In this document: positions 1 through 7,994 of the stretch, in pieces
Numbering within the stretch: the stretch's first letter is position 1
Layout of the letters: each line of letters begins with the position of its first letter
IMG/VR virus record: IMGVR_UViG_3300027608_000010
DNA: 64,000 nt
Direction: 5' to 3' (one strand)
DNA from: a virus
Taxonomy: Duplodnaviria; Caudoviricetes
Translations under genes and position numbers: made by a program
Notes under the pieces: generated by a model
The model's database searches: none
Told to the model about the DNA's origin: nothing
Seen by the model: only the letters and a program-made list of their open reading frames with translations

Positions 1-8
1 TGTATAGC

Positions 9-37
9 ATTATACGCTATACGTGAATTTCCTACAA
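9..37 (-). promoter_or_regulatory. Putative sigma70-type promoter firing leftward out of the window
   Basis: Minus strand reads TTGTAG (37-32), 17 nt, TATAAT (14-9): perfect -10, 3/6 -35, canonical spacing, located just after the stop of the 688-aa ORF. Confidence 0.45.
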
Positions 38-48
38 CTGCTTTGGAA

Positions 49-2115
49 TTAGTTTGTAAGCAGGTCCCAACAGTCGCAGTTACAATCTATAACAGATTGT
101 ATTGCATCACTTGGAGTTATTACTGAGGGTAATAATGGTGTATTCGCAATATTGAATATATCCAAGTTAGTTGGTACTAATGTAGTTTCTTGGGATCCGG
201 CTAAACTGCCGAGTGCTGTTGCAGCTCCTGTAATGGCGACAACACCTAATAACGGTCCCTCGGTCACCAACGGTTGTGTTGGATCTGCCGGGGAAGTTGG
301 TACGCTCCCAGTTGTTTTGGGTATGAGTAGCGGTTCATTTTCGACACTGTTGTCTTGTTCTGCTCCCATTAAACCCAAGCGATATGCGTTTCTAGTTTCA
401 CGCATTGACCCAATTAAACTATTTCCTCCTAAGGTAAGTATGTCAGATATTGACTCTAGAACTTGAGCGGGTCCGTTCTGCTCAGTTTCTTGGCTATATT
501 GATTTAATAATCCCATAAATCCATATATGTCTCTGACTGTCGTTGATAAATCGGTTGTATTTGGTAATGCAAATTCTCTTGCATTTTGTTCTTTTAATAA
601 CTTTGTACCAAATGCATTGTACAGGTTGTTTAGTTCAGTACTTTGTAATAATGATGTTTCTGATATATTGGTTAGTTCAATGTTTGCATTGTCTATCCAA
701 CCCTGAAGTTGAGTGTAGTCTGTGCCTTGCAAAATAGTCAATATATTGGTGTAACAATTAATCAATGTAGGTGTTGTTATTGCATTGATTTTTAATTTTA
801 ACTCATCCCAATCATAATGTAAATCTGTCATCGATCCAAAGAAATCACACATGGTGTAGAGACCATTATCACCGGTCCCCAAAGCAATAACGGCTAAGGC
901 TGCATTAGCAGTAGCAGAGTCGGTTGGTTTGCTAGTTCCATTAACAGTCAAATCAGATACATTTTCTAAATTAACTACAACTTGACTAAATTTTTCAATA
1001 GGAATTGATTTAATTCTTTTAATTTGCATCATGCTAGTACCAAATGCATCACATGCATATGCTAACTCTGATGGCAATACTTGATCCAATCTTGCTCCGT
1101 ATAAATCACCCATAGTATTAACCTCAGTAGAAGTATACAATAGATAATATGTCTTACTGTTTGTTGGCCCAGGTGCAGTATTGTATTCCGGTACAGTTAT
1201 TGTCTGATAACTAGTAGGGAATAACTTTTTAGGATCTAACAAGTCAGCCAAACTTTGTAGATTTTCAGTTTGACAATTTAAAGGAATTAAAATATCAGAT
1301 AAATCTTCACCAACAATCATACAAAAGGCTGCATAGATTGATTGCTGTTGCTCAATTGAAGTTGGTGAGTTAGCTATAATTTTGTCTATATCGGCTGCGT
1401 TTATCCCAGCTGTCATTAATGCTAAATTAACAGATTTTGTAAATGCATTATACTTGTACATTGTTCGTATTAGATTAGTAGGATCTCCGAATGTATCAAT
1501 ACTAGTCAAATCAATTGCTTTACCGCTAGCAATTAAGTCTTGTCCCCAATAGAATGTACTTAGACTGACACCGGTAATATCACTAGTAATCAAATCATTC
1601 ATGTTACTATACATACCGTCTAAGTAAGTCAATGAATCAACAAATGATTGTATGGGTACATTAGATTGCTTCATTACTGCATAGCAACTGTTAAATGTGT
1701 TAACAAAATCAGAATAAGAACCATTGTTAATATGAAATTCATTATATGCTTGCAATGCTATTAATCTCAGCCATCCATAACTTGCTAATTCATTTGAATA
1801 AGTTTTTGTATATGTTGTTGGTTTACTATTACCTAGTGCAGGGATAGTAGTTGATCCAATACTTATTAAATTAGCATAAACTGTAGGGGAAATAGCACTA
1901 GATACAACTTTAGTCCATGCTAATTTCATTGCAGTTTTCAATGTACCTAGAACAGTATCATACACTACTGATCCTGCAGTTATTGTATAATTTGAAATAC
2001 TATTACTAGAACCCATAAATGTTGCCGCAGTTGGATTTATTCTTAATCCTTCATCCTGGATTAAAGATCCTAAGCAATTTAAATTTAGTGGGGTGTATTT
2101 TCCGTTTAAATTCAT
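49..2115 (-). CDS. Hypothetical 688-aa protein, translationally coupled to PAAR gene
   Basis: Long ORF. Its ATG overlaps the PAAR TGA (ATGA, 2112-2115). C-terminal DCNCDC motif. No recognised family. Confidence 0.8.
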   Translation of the reverse strand: MNLNGKYTPLNLNCLGSLIQDEGLRINPTAATFMGSSNSISNYTITAGSVVYDTVLGTLKTAMKLAWTKVVSSAISPTVYANLISIGSTTIPALGNSKPTTYTKTYSNELASYGWLRLIALQAYNEFHINNGSYSDFVNTFNSCYAVMKQSNVPIQSFVDSLTYLDGMYSNMNDLITSDITGVSLSTFYWGQDLIASGKAIDLTSIDTFGDPTNLIRTMYKYNAFTKSVNLALMTAGINAADIDKIIANSPTSIEQQQSIYAAFCMIVGEDLSDILIPLNCQTENLQSLADLLDPKKLFPTSYQTITVPEYNTAPGPTNSKTYYLLYTSTEVNTMGDLYGARLDQVLPSELAYACDAFGTSMMQIKRIKSIPIEKFSQVVVNLENVSDLTVNGTSKPTDSATANAALAVIALGTGDNGLYTMCDFFGSMTDLHYDWDELKLKINAITTPTLINCYTNILTILQGTDYTQLQGWIDNANIELTNISETSLLQSTELNNLYNAFGTKLLKEQNAREFALPNTTDLSTTVRDIYGFMGLLNQYSQETEQNGPAQVLESISDILTLGGNSLIGSMRETRNAYRLGLMGAEQDNSVENEPLLIPKTTGSVPTSPADPTQPLVTEGPLLGVVAITGAATALGSLAGSQETTLVPTNLDIFNIANTPLLPSVITPSDAIQSVIDCNCDCWDLLTN

Positions 2116-2393
2116 GGTACAAATACGTCAGGACTGCCTTCAACAATACTGTGACCACAACTATTAGTAGATGTGATTCTTAGTACCGGGTCACCCTCAG
2201 CAAATACTGTAGGGCTTGCACTTGTTGTTGTGGCAGCATCATGGGGCGGATGCGGCGGGCCCCATGGACTGTGTGGGGTAATAAGACTAACATGTAGTCC
2301 TACTTGTATACCATTGACAATCACCGTTGGAGCGCCGCGCACTATTGCGCCTCCCTCTTGATTCTTGTCACCCACACGACTTAAATTTGGCAT
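2112..2393 (-). CDS. PAAR-repeat spike-tip protein (T4 gp5.4-like)
   Basis: 93 aa with SRVGD, GAPTVIVNG, SPTVFAEGDPVLR, SCGH and GSPDVFV, the PAAR pattern with His/Cys Zn ligands. Confidence 0.85.
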   Translation of the reverse strand: MPNLSRVGDKNQEGGAIVRGAPTVIVNGIQVGLHVSLITPHSPWGPPHPPHDAATTTSASPTVFAEGDPVLRITSTNSCGHSIVEGSPDVFVP

Positions 2394-2395
2394 TA

Positions 2396-2695
2396 CTATC
2401 CTAAAATAATCTTCTTCTCAGGCATTTTAATTCCTGTTGTTGCTTCTAAATACTTGTCTGCAATACTTTCTTCAGTAAATGCATAAAGTGAAATACTACT
2501 AGTATTTATTCTTATTTCTTTGTCAATATCTGCTGTGAACATGCTTGGAATCATCTGCATTCCTTGCTGGCCGGGAGCAATACTGACTGGATTTGTCACT
2601 ACAACACATCCCTGACCAAGATGTACTCCTGTTACTTTGGCAATTAATTCTTCACCTGAATTCAATTTAATTGTATATGTTTTTCCAACTTCCAT
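2396..2695 (-). CDS. Small beta-rich phage protein, possibly Sm/LSm-like fold
   Basis: TIKLNSGEELIAKV...VTNPV pattern typical of small Sm-like proteins of T4-like phages. Fold is inferred. Confidence 0.55.
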   Translation of the reverse strand: MEVGKTYTIKLNSGEELIAKVTGVHLGQGCVVVTNPVSIAPGQQGMQMIPSMFTADIDKEIRINTSSISLYAFTEESIADKYLEATTGIKMPEKKIILG

Positions 2696-2925
2696 TATAC
2701 GCTTTCTGTTAATTTTGTTCTGAGTTCATTAAACCCACCCACATATTCATCATCTAAGAAAATTTGTGGCACCGTTCTGGCAGTTGGAACTGCTTCTAAT
2801 AATTCTTCACGTGTGAATCCGTCACCAATCTTACGTTCTTCAAACTCTATTCCTCTACTCTCTAACAATGCCTTTGCTTGGTCGCAATAAGGACAGTGGT
2901 ACTTACTCCATACTATTGCTTTCAT
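2695..2925 (-). CDS. grxC: Glutaredoxin (RNR reductant)
   Basis: 76 aa with CPYC active site, TVPQIF and VGGF motifs; lies downstream of nrdAB. Confidence 0.95.
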   Translation of the reverse strand: MKAIVWSKYHCPYCDQAKALLESRGIEFEERKIGDGFTREELLEAVPTARTVPQIFLDDEYVGGFNELRTKLTESV

Positions 2926-2926
2926 T

Positions 2927-3070
2927 TTATCTCCAAAAGAATAGTATTGCTTTTAATCTATCAATATACTTTTGCAAGTATTTGACTTGAATGTCTTTTG
3001 CATATTGTGGTTGAGGGAAGTTCCAACCCATAAATGCTCCTACTACTATCCAAAATAATGTTTCTAACAT
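2927..3070 (-). CDS. 47-aa small membrane protein (not in ORF track)
   Basis: Hand-translated MLETLFWIVVGAFMGWNFPQPQYAKDIQVKYLQKYIDRLKAILFFWR. AGGAGAAAAGG RBS upstream; fills the nrdB-grx gap. Confidence 0.75.
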   Translation of the reverse strand: MLETLFWIVVGAFMGWNFPQPQYAKDIQVKYLQKYIDRLKAILFFWR

Positions 3071-3081
3071 ACCTTTTCTCC

Positions 3082-4185
3082 TTATAAAACTGGTAATTCG
3101 TCATACTCAACTACATCTGACATAACGCCAATAACATAGTTAGTACTTTCTGTTTCTTGTAGTGCTGATTGTTTTTTGTTGATATTCACATGCTTATTGA
3201 ACCACGGAATAGGACTATGCTTTGGGTGATTCTCATTATATTTAATACCAATATCTTTCAGGCGATTAAAAGCTGTATAATCTACAAAGTCTGATAATAT
3301 CTCAGCATTTAATCCAATCACAACGCCTCGACTGAATAGATAATGTGCCCATTCTTTTTCTTCACGTATAACATCCATATACAATTCATATACTTCACGT
3401 TCACATTGTTGTTTTGCTATAACAAATCTTGGATCATCTTTAACTACGTTATTAATTAACCAAGCTGTCCATTCTGCATGTAGTATTTCATCTTGCAATA
3501 TCAAACTGATAATGTTTCCGTTACCAATGTAAATCTTGTTCTCTACCATAGCAAGACTTGTTGCAAAACTAACCATGAAGCGTAATGCCTCTAATGCATA
3601 GCTAGCATTCAATGCCATCCAAATACTGTTAATATGTTCTTGATGTCCTACTTTGCTAGGATCTAATTCTTTCAAACAATTTAGTTGATGTAGTTCATCA
3701 TAATATTTGCCTACACTACTAGACATTTCAACTATTTCTTTTGTATCGTGAATTTTATTGAATTCTTCTTTAGGAACACCATATACGTTCCTAATAATAT
3801 GACTGTAAGATTTTGAGTGTATATTAGTTTCAAAGAAACTCCAATTGCTAACTAATGCTTCAAGTTCTGGAATACTGATTACGGGCGAAAATACTTGACT
3901 CGGTGCACGACCTTGAATAGAGTCTAATGCAGTTTGTCTTAGTAAGTTGCTAGTAAAGATATGCTTAATTGCATCGCTACTATCCTTATGGTCAATCTTA
4001 TCTTTTGTTAAACTAATTTCTTCTGGCACCCAAAAGAAACCACGTGCCGTTTCTTCATACTTAGCAAGTCTTGGGTACTTGACTTCTTCAAATCGTTGTA
4101 CAGTTACAGGACCTTCAGGATCTAAAAACATTGTACGTTTTAGATAATTGGTTTGTTTACTTAAATTATATTGGTCTTTACTCAT
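3082..4185 (-). CDS. nrdB: Ribonucleotide reductase class Ia beta subunit
   Basis: FWVPEEI, ETNIHSKSY (radical Tyr region), EALRFMVSF and DEILH di-iron motifs. Start placed at ATG 4185 (ATGA overlap with the nrdA stop). Confidence 0.97.
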   Translation of the reverse strand: MSKDQYNLSKQTNYLKRTMFLDPEGPVTVQRFEEVKYPRLAKYEETARGFFWVPEEISLTKDKIDHKDSSDAIKHIFTSNLLRQTALDSIQGRAPSQVFSPVISIPELEALVSNWSFFETNIHSKSYSHIIRNVYGVPKEEFNKIHDTKEIVEMSSSVGKYYDELHQLNCLKELDPSKVGHQEHINSIWMALNASYALEALRFMVSFATSLAMVENKIYIGNGNIISLILQDEILHAEWTAWLINNVVKDDPRFVIAKQQCEREVYELYMDVIREEKEWAHYLFSRGVVIGLNAEILSDFVDYTAFNRLKDIGIKYNENHPKHSPIPWFNKHVNINKKQSALQETESTNYVIGVMSDVVEYDELPVL

Positions 4186-6503
4186 AATACACAACTCTCA
4201 CAATATTCTTCATCTTCAATAGTATCTTGCTTTACAAAAGGAATGATATTATCTTCTTGTAATGCTGCCTTGCTGCCCACTTTATTAATCAAACTATAAT
4301 AGATAGTTTTGATACCCCATTTATATGCTAGCATTAAATTCTTAGCAATTAATGTACCGGGTACTTTACCTTCAGCAAAGTATGCAGGATTGTAGAATGT
4401 GTTAGTACTTAGACTTTGGTCAATATATACTGCTAACACTGCTGAAGTTTTCAAATACTCTACACAATCTTTTTGATCCCACATCATTTGATAACGATTC
4501 TTTAAACGTTTGTACTCTGGCACGACTTGTACAAACGAACCAGCCTTTGATTCCTTCACAGAAATCAATTCCATCGGCATTTCAATTCCGTTGGTGGAGT
4601 TTAACACAACTGAGCTGGATTCGACCGGTGCCACGGCCATTAAAGTTGCATTGCGAATGCCATACTTCAATAATTTTTCACGTAGACTTTCCCAATCCAT
4701 ACTAGGACTGAAATCTGTCAATTCATTAACACCCTCACTTCTACGTTCCCAAGGGAATATACCTTGACCATAGAATGTATGTTGACTACGTTGACATGCA
4801 CCGCGTTCTTGTGCTAATTCTACGCTTGTTTCTGTTAGATAGTATGCTTGATGTTCCATCCAACGCTTTACTTCTGCCAATGCTTCTGGCTCGCCGTATC
4901 TAAAACTACGCTTTGCATGCCAGTAAGCTAAATTGGTAATCCCTACACCAAGAGGTTCGAAATCTAAGTTAGCTAACTTACTCTGTATACTGAGGAAGTC
5001 TTGATAGCTAAGGAGATTACTTAAACTTCTGACTAATACTCTACATGCCTTACGCATTTCTTGGGGCGTCCTAAACGCACCCCAGTTCACACTGCCCAAT
5101 GTACATAATGCAATGCGACCTGCCTCGTCTTCAATACGTTGAAAAGGCTTTGTAGGTAATAGTATTTCTTGGCAAAGGTTACTCTGATAAATCGGATCAA
5201 GTTTAGTATCAAACGGACCCTGATTAATTACGTTATCAATGAATACTAGATAGATACGACCTGTGTCAGTACGTTCTTTTAGTATTCCATTTTTAAATAT
5301 TTCTACTGCGGGCAATACTTTCTTTTTGATGCCACGTTTTTGTTCGTACATATTGTACAATGTTTCAAATTCTTCACTATCACGATAGTATGCTTCATAT
5401 AAGTCTGGTACGTCATGCGGATCAAACAACGTGATGTTTTCATTCTTAGCAAAACGATTAAAGAACATCTTGTTGACTACAACACTGTAATCCATTTGAC
5501 GTACACGTGTTTCTTCTGTACCTTGATTGTTCTTCAACACAATCAAATCTTCAAACTGATAGTGCCATACTGGAAATGTAACTGTACAACTGGCATTACG
5601 TACACCACCTTGACTGCAACTACGTAGATCGCCAAACCATTTCTTTAAGAAAGGAATCATACCAGTATGTTTAATCTCACCGTTACGAATGGGTGCACCT
5701 AGTGGTCTGATTCTTCCAATCTCTAATCCTATGCCAGCACGTTTGCTAGCATACTTAGCCATCATTTCGCCGGCCGCGAAAATACTGTCCAAAGTGTCAT
5801 CCGAAGTAATAAGTACACAACTACTAAACTGTTTAGTAGTAGTTCCAAGACCTGCCAACACGGGCGTAGCAAGAGTGAAATGACCTTCACTGGCACATTC
5901 ATAATATTCTTTAACATATTTTAATCTTTTTTCTTTGGGTTCATTGTGGAAAGCAGTGGCGGCTGCCACTGCATATCTTACTTGCGGGCTTTCATAGATT
6001 TGACCAGTAGCACGGTTCTGCACTAAGTACTTTTCTGCTAACTGTGCGATAGCCGCATAAGTGTAATTTTCGTCCTTGCTATGGTCTAAAAACAAATCAA
6101 TGATATCCCATTCATCCTTTGTATACCAATCTAATAATTCACTAGTATACATGCCAGCGTCAACATTAGTTTTGACAATATCATAAAGTGGGGGAGGTAT
6201 ATATGTGCCGTATACGCTTTTACGTAGCATTGATACCTTTTGTCTACCAGCTACATATTGATAGTTGACATTATTAATGTCTGGATTCTCTGTTTCATCA
6301 ATTAAATTAACCATTGCTTTAAGCAATAGTTCATCGATTGTTTCAGTACTTATACCATCGTGTAATTCTATTTGAGATTTTATCTCTATCATGCTTGGGC
6401 TAACGTTATCTATGCCCTTGCAGTCATGTGCTACTTGTCTCTGTATTTTTGCTATATCTAGTGGTACTATTTTGCCGTTGCGCTTAACTACGTTTATATT
6501 CAT
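4182..6503 (-). CDS. nrdA: Ribonucleotide reductase class Ia alpha subunit with N-terminal ATP cone
   Basis: VVKRNG ATP-cone start, TPVLAG, QFSSC, SNLCQEI, CTLG, APVESSS and C-terminal CESC. Confidence 0.98.
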   Translation of the reverse strand: MNINVVKRNGKIVPLDIAKIQRQVAHDCKGIDNVSPSMIEIKSQIELHDGISTETIDELLLKAMVNLIDETENPDINNVNYQYVAGRQKVSMLRKSVYGTYIPPPLYDIVKTNVDAGMYTSELLDWYTKDEWDIIDLFLDHSKDENYTYAAIAQLAEKYLVQNRATGQIYESPQVRYAVAAATAFHNEPKEKRLKYVKEYYECASEGHFTLATPVLAGLGTTTKQFSSCVLITSDDTLDSIFAAGEMMAKYASKRAGIGLEIGRIRPLGAPIRNGEIKHTGMIPFLKKWFGDLRSCSQGGVRNASCTVTFPVWHYQFEDLIVLKNNQGTEETRVRQMDYSVVVNKMFFNRFAKNENITLFDPHDVPDLYEAYYRDSEEFETLYNMYEQKRGIKKKVLPAVEIFKNGILKERTDTGRIYLVFIDNVINQGPFDTKLDPIYQSNLCQEILLPTKPFQRIEDEAGRIALCTLGSVNWGAFRTPQEMRKACRVLVRSLSNLLSYQDFLSIQSKLANLDFEPLGVGITNLAYWHAKRSFRYGEPEALAEVKRWMEHQAYYLTETSVELAQERGACQRSQHTFYGQGIFPWERRSEGVNELTDFSPSMDWESLREKLLKYGIRNATLMAVAPVESSSVVLNSTNGIEMPMELISVKESKAGSFVQVVPEYKRLKNRYQMMWDQKDCVEYLKTSAVLAVYIDQSLSTNTFYNPAYFAEGKVPGTLIAKNLMLAYKWGIKTIYYSLINKVGSKAALQEDNIIPFVKQDTIEDEEYCESCVL

Positions 6504-6514
6504 TGTATTCCCTG

Positions 6515-6949
6515 TTATAGTTTTGATTGTATGTGTGATATGTCTACGTGACGTTTGATGGTAAAATCGCTTAGTGTATTACTTAGTGCAGTATCGGGCC
6601 AATAACTAAGTATATATTTTGCGTTATCAACCAGGACTAATACCACATCATCGCCCGTTTTATCAGTAGCCTCAATCAATTCTATATCGTTTTCTCCTGT
6701 CAGTAGTAGAGTATAACACATTCCTACTGCTCTTGCAACAGTACAATAGGTATTTTCTACCAAAAGATCCCAGGGGCCGGGCCAAGTTTTGCTGTCCAAA
6801 ATGTGTAAATGATGATTGACTAATGGTGCATCTTGCCACCAACGGTCAATTTCCACACATTTGGTTTGTATATCTTGGGATTCTATTTTTTTTCTGAGTT
6901 CGTACCAACTACGTAGTCTGGTATCATAGTTTTGTTGAAATACATTCAT
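6515..6949 (-). CDS. Hypothetical protein with transglutaminase-like/LapG (peptidase C93)-like Cys motif
   Basis: WPGPWDLLVENTYCTVARAVGMCYTLLLTG resembles the LapG WATPxE..GDCEDYAIAKYFxL..G segment. Judged by eye. Confidence 0.5.
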   Translation of the reverse strand: MNVFQQNYDTRLRSWYELRKKIESQDIQTKCVEIDRWWQDAPLVNHHLHILDSKTWPGPWDLLVENTYCTVARAVGMCYTLLLTGENDIELIEATDKTGDDVVLVLVDNAKYILSYWPDTALSNTLSDFTIKRHVDISHIQSKL

Positions 6950-6969
6950 TAGATAACTACTTATCTAAT
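6948..6969. promoter_or_regulatory. Perfect 9-bp hairpin containing a late-promoter-like motif and the start codon of the 144-aa gene
   Basis: attagataa-ctac-ttatctaat. The minus strand carries GATAAGTA (6965-6958), and the AT of the ATG lies in the stem. Confidence 0.55.
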
Positions 6970-6995
6970 ATGAAACCAGCAAGTTAGTTTTATTT

Positions 6996-7082
6996 TTATG
7001 CTGTAAAGATTCCAAAACTAGGGAATCTGTTAATCCAAGTAGTTTGCGCTCCGGCTCCGGCAGGTGTAATTAGTGATATCAG
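6996..7082 (-). pseudogene. Orphan 3' gene fragment (LISLITPAGAGAQTTWINRFPSFGIFTA*)
   Basis: 28 open codons plus TAA, with fibre-like composition, no start codon or RBS, and an in-frame stop just upstream. Begins at the stop of the 89-aa gene. Confidence 0.45.
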
Positions 7083-7348
7083 GCTTCAGGTTTAGGATAT
7101 TTAACCTTGACTGCTTGTACTTTGGACAGCATTTCAGTTGCGGCATCCCCGCCTTTCCATAATGCATCAAGTTGGTCGCCTATTGGTGGATACTCAGCCG
7201 CACGTTTGGCTTTGTATGCGTTAGGGTCAACCCAAGCATTGACGGCATCCATGTCAAGTTCAACTTTGTTGCCTTGGACATCAAATGCTTCATCTTCCAC
7301 AGTCTTAACGACTTGTGAATAGAGTGCATAAACAGCTTGTACATTCAT
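7079..7348 (-). CDS. Tail-fibre-associated small protein (YPPIGDQLDALWK type)
   Basis: Motif common in small genes that follow phage fibre tip genes. ATGA overlap with the upstream gene. Confidence 0.7.
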   Translation of the reverse strand: MNVQAVYALYSQVVKTVEDEAFDVQGNKVELDMDAVNAWVDPNAYKAKRAAEYPPIGDQLDALWKGGDAATEMLSKVQAVKVKYPKPEA

Positions 7349-7989
7349 CCTGCCACCTCATAAATTGTTATTGAAGACACGGCAACTCCACCATCTATGC
7401 GACCGCCTCCTCGACCATTCATTGTTACTGTGCCAGCAGCCTCACTTCCAGCACGAACTCTAAATGTTGTTGACGATGTTGTTCCAGCGGTCATACTAAA
7501 GGTATATGACATAGGCAAACTCAAGCCAGAAGCAAGTGCACCATAAAATTGGGCTGCAATTGCATTTACTGTACTATCTTGGAACATTGCAACAGTCAAA
7601 GAATTTACATTGTTTTTATCTAATTGAATAGTTACGTTAATAATCAATTTATTTGTTGCGCTTGTTGGCGTAATTGCCAAAGTCATAAACTCAGTACCCT
7701 CAGTTATTTGAGGTATGGTGTCATCAAGTGGAATTGTTCCTGTTCCTGTTGCTACTGCGCCAGTTTGAAAAGTTGCAACTTGTAACACCGATCCTCTTTG
7801 ACGAAGTATGGGATCGCCAGAACCAACCATTGCTGCGCCGCCCATTTTAACCCATTGAACGGTTTTTCCATCAACACCTATTCTTTTGAATAATTCATTT
7901 GTACTTGGTTTGTAATACTCATCACCGATAGAAGCAACATCTGGTGCAACTTCGGTAATGGTATGCTTAAAGGGTTTAGAAGATGACAC
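7345..7989 (-). CDS. Fibre tip protein (GSVLQV-type C-terminal module)
   Basis: Start reassigned to GTG 7989 (MSSSKPFKHTITEVAP..GDEYYKP), just after the 1012-aa stop. C-terminal GSVLQVATFQTG..ITPTSATNKLII..SSITIYEVAG module. Confidence 0.7.
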   Translation of the reverse strand: MSSSKPFKHTITEVAPDVASIGDEYYKPSTNELFKRIGVDGKTVQWVKMGGAAMVGSGDPILRQRGSVLQVATFQTGAVATGTGTIPLDDTIPQITEGTEFMTLAITPTSATNKLIINVTIQLDKNNVNSLTVAMFQDSTVNAIAAQFYGALASGLSLPMSYTFSMTAGTTSSTTFRVRAGSEAAGTVTMNGRGGGRIDGGVAVSSITIYEVAG

Positions 7990-7994
7990 AGTGA

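Noticed and set aside
3082-6503. Intron, intein or homing endonuclease in nrdA/nrdB (common in T4-like phages)
   Set aside because: Both ORFs are continuous and of normal length.
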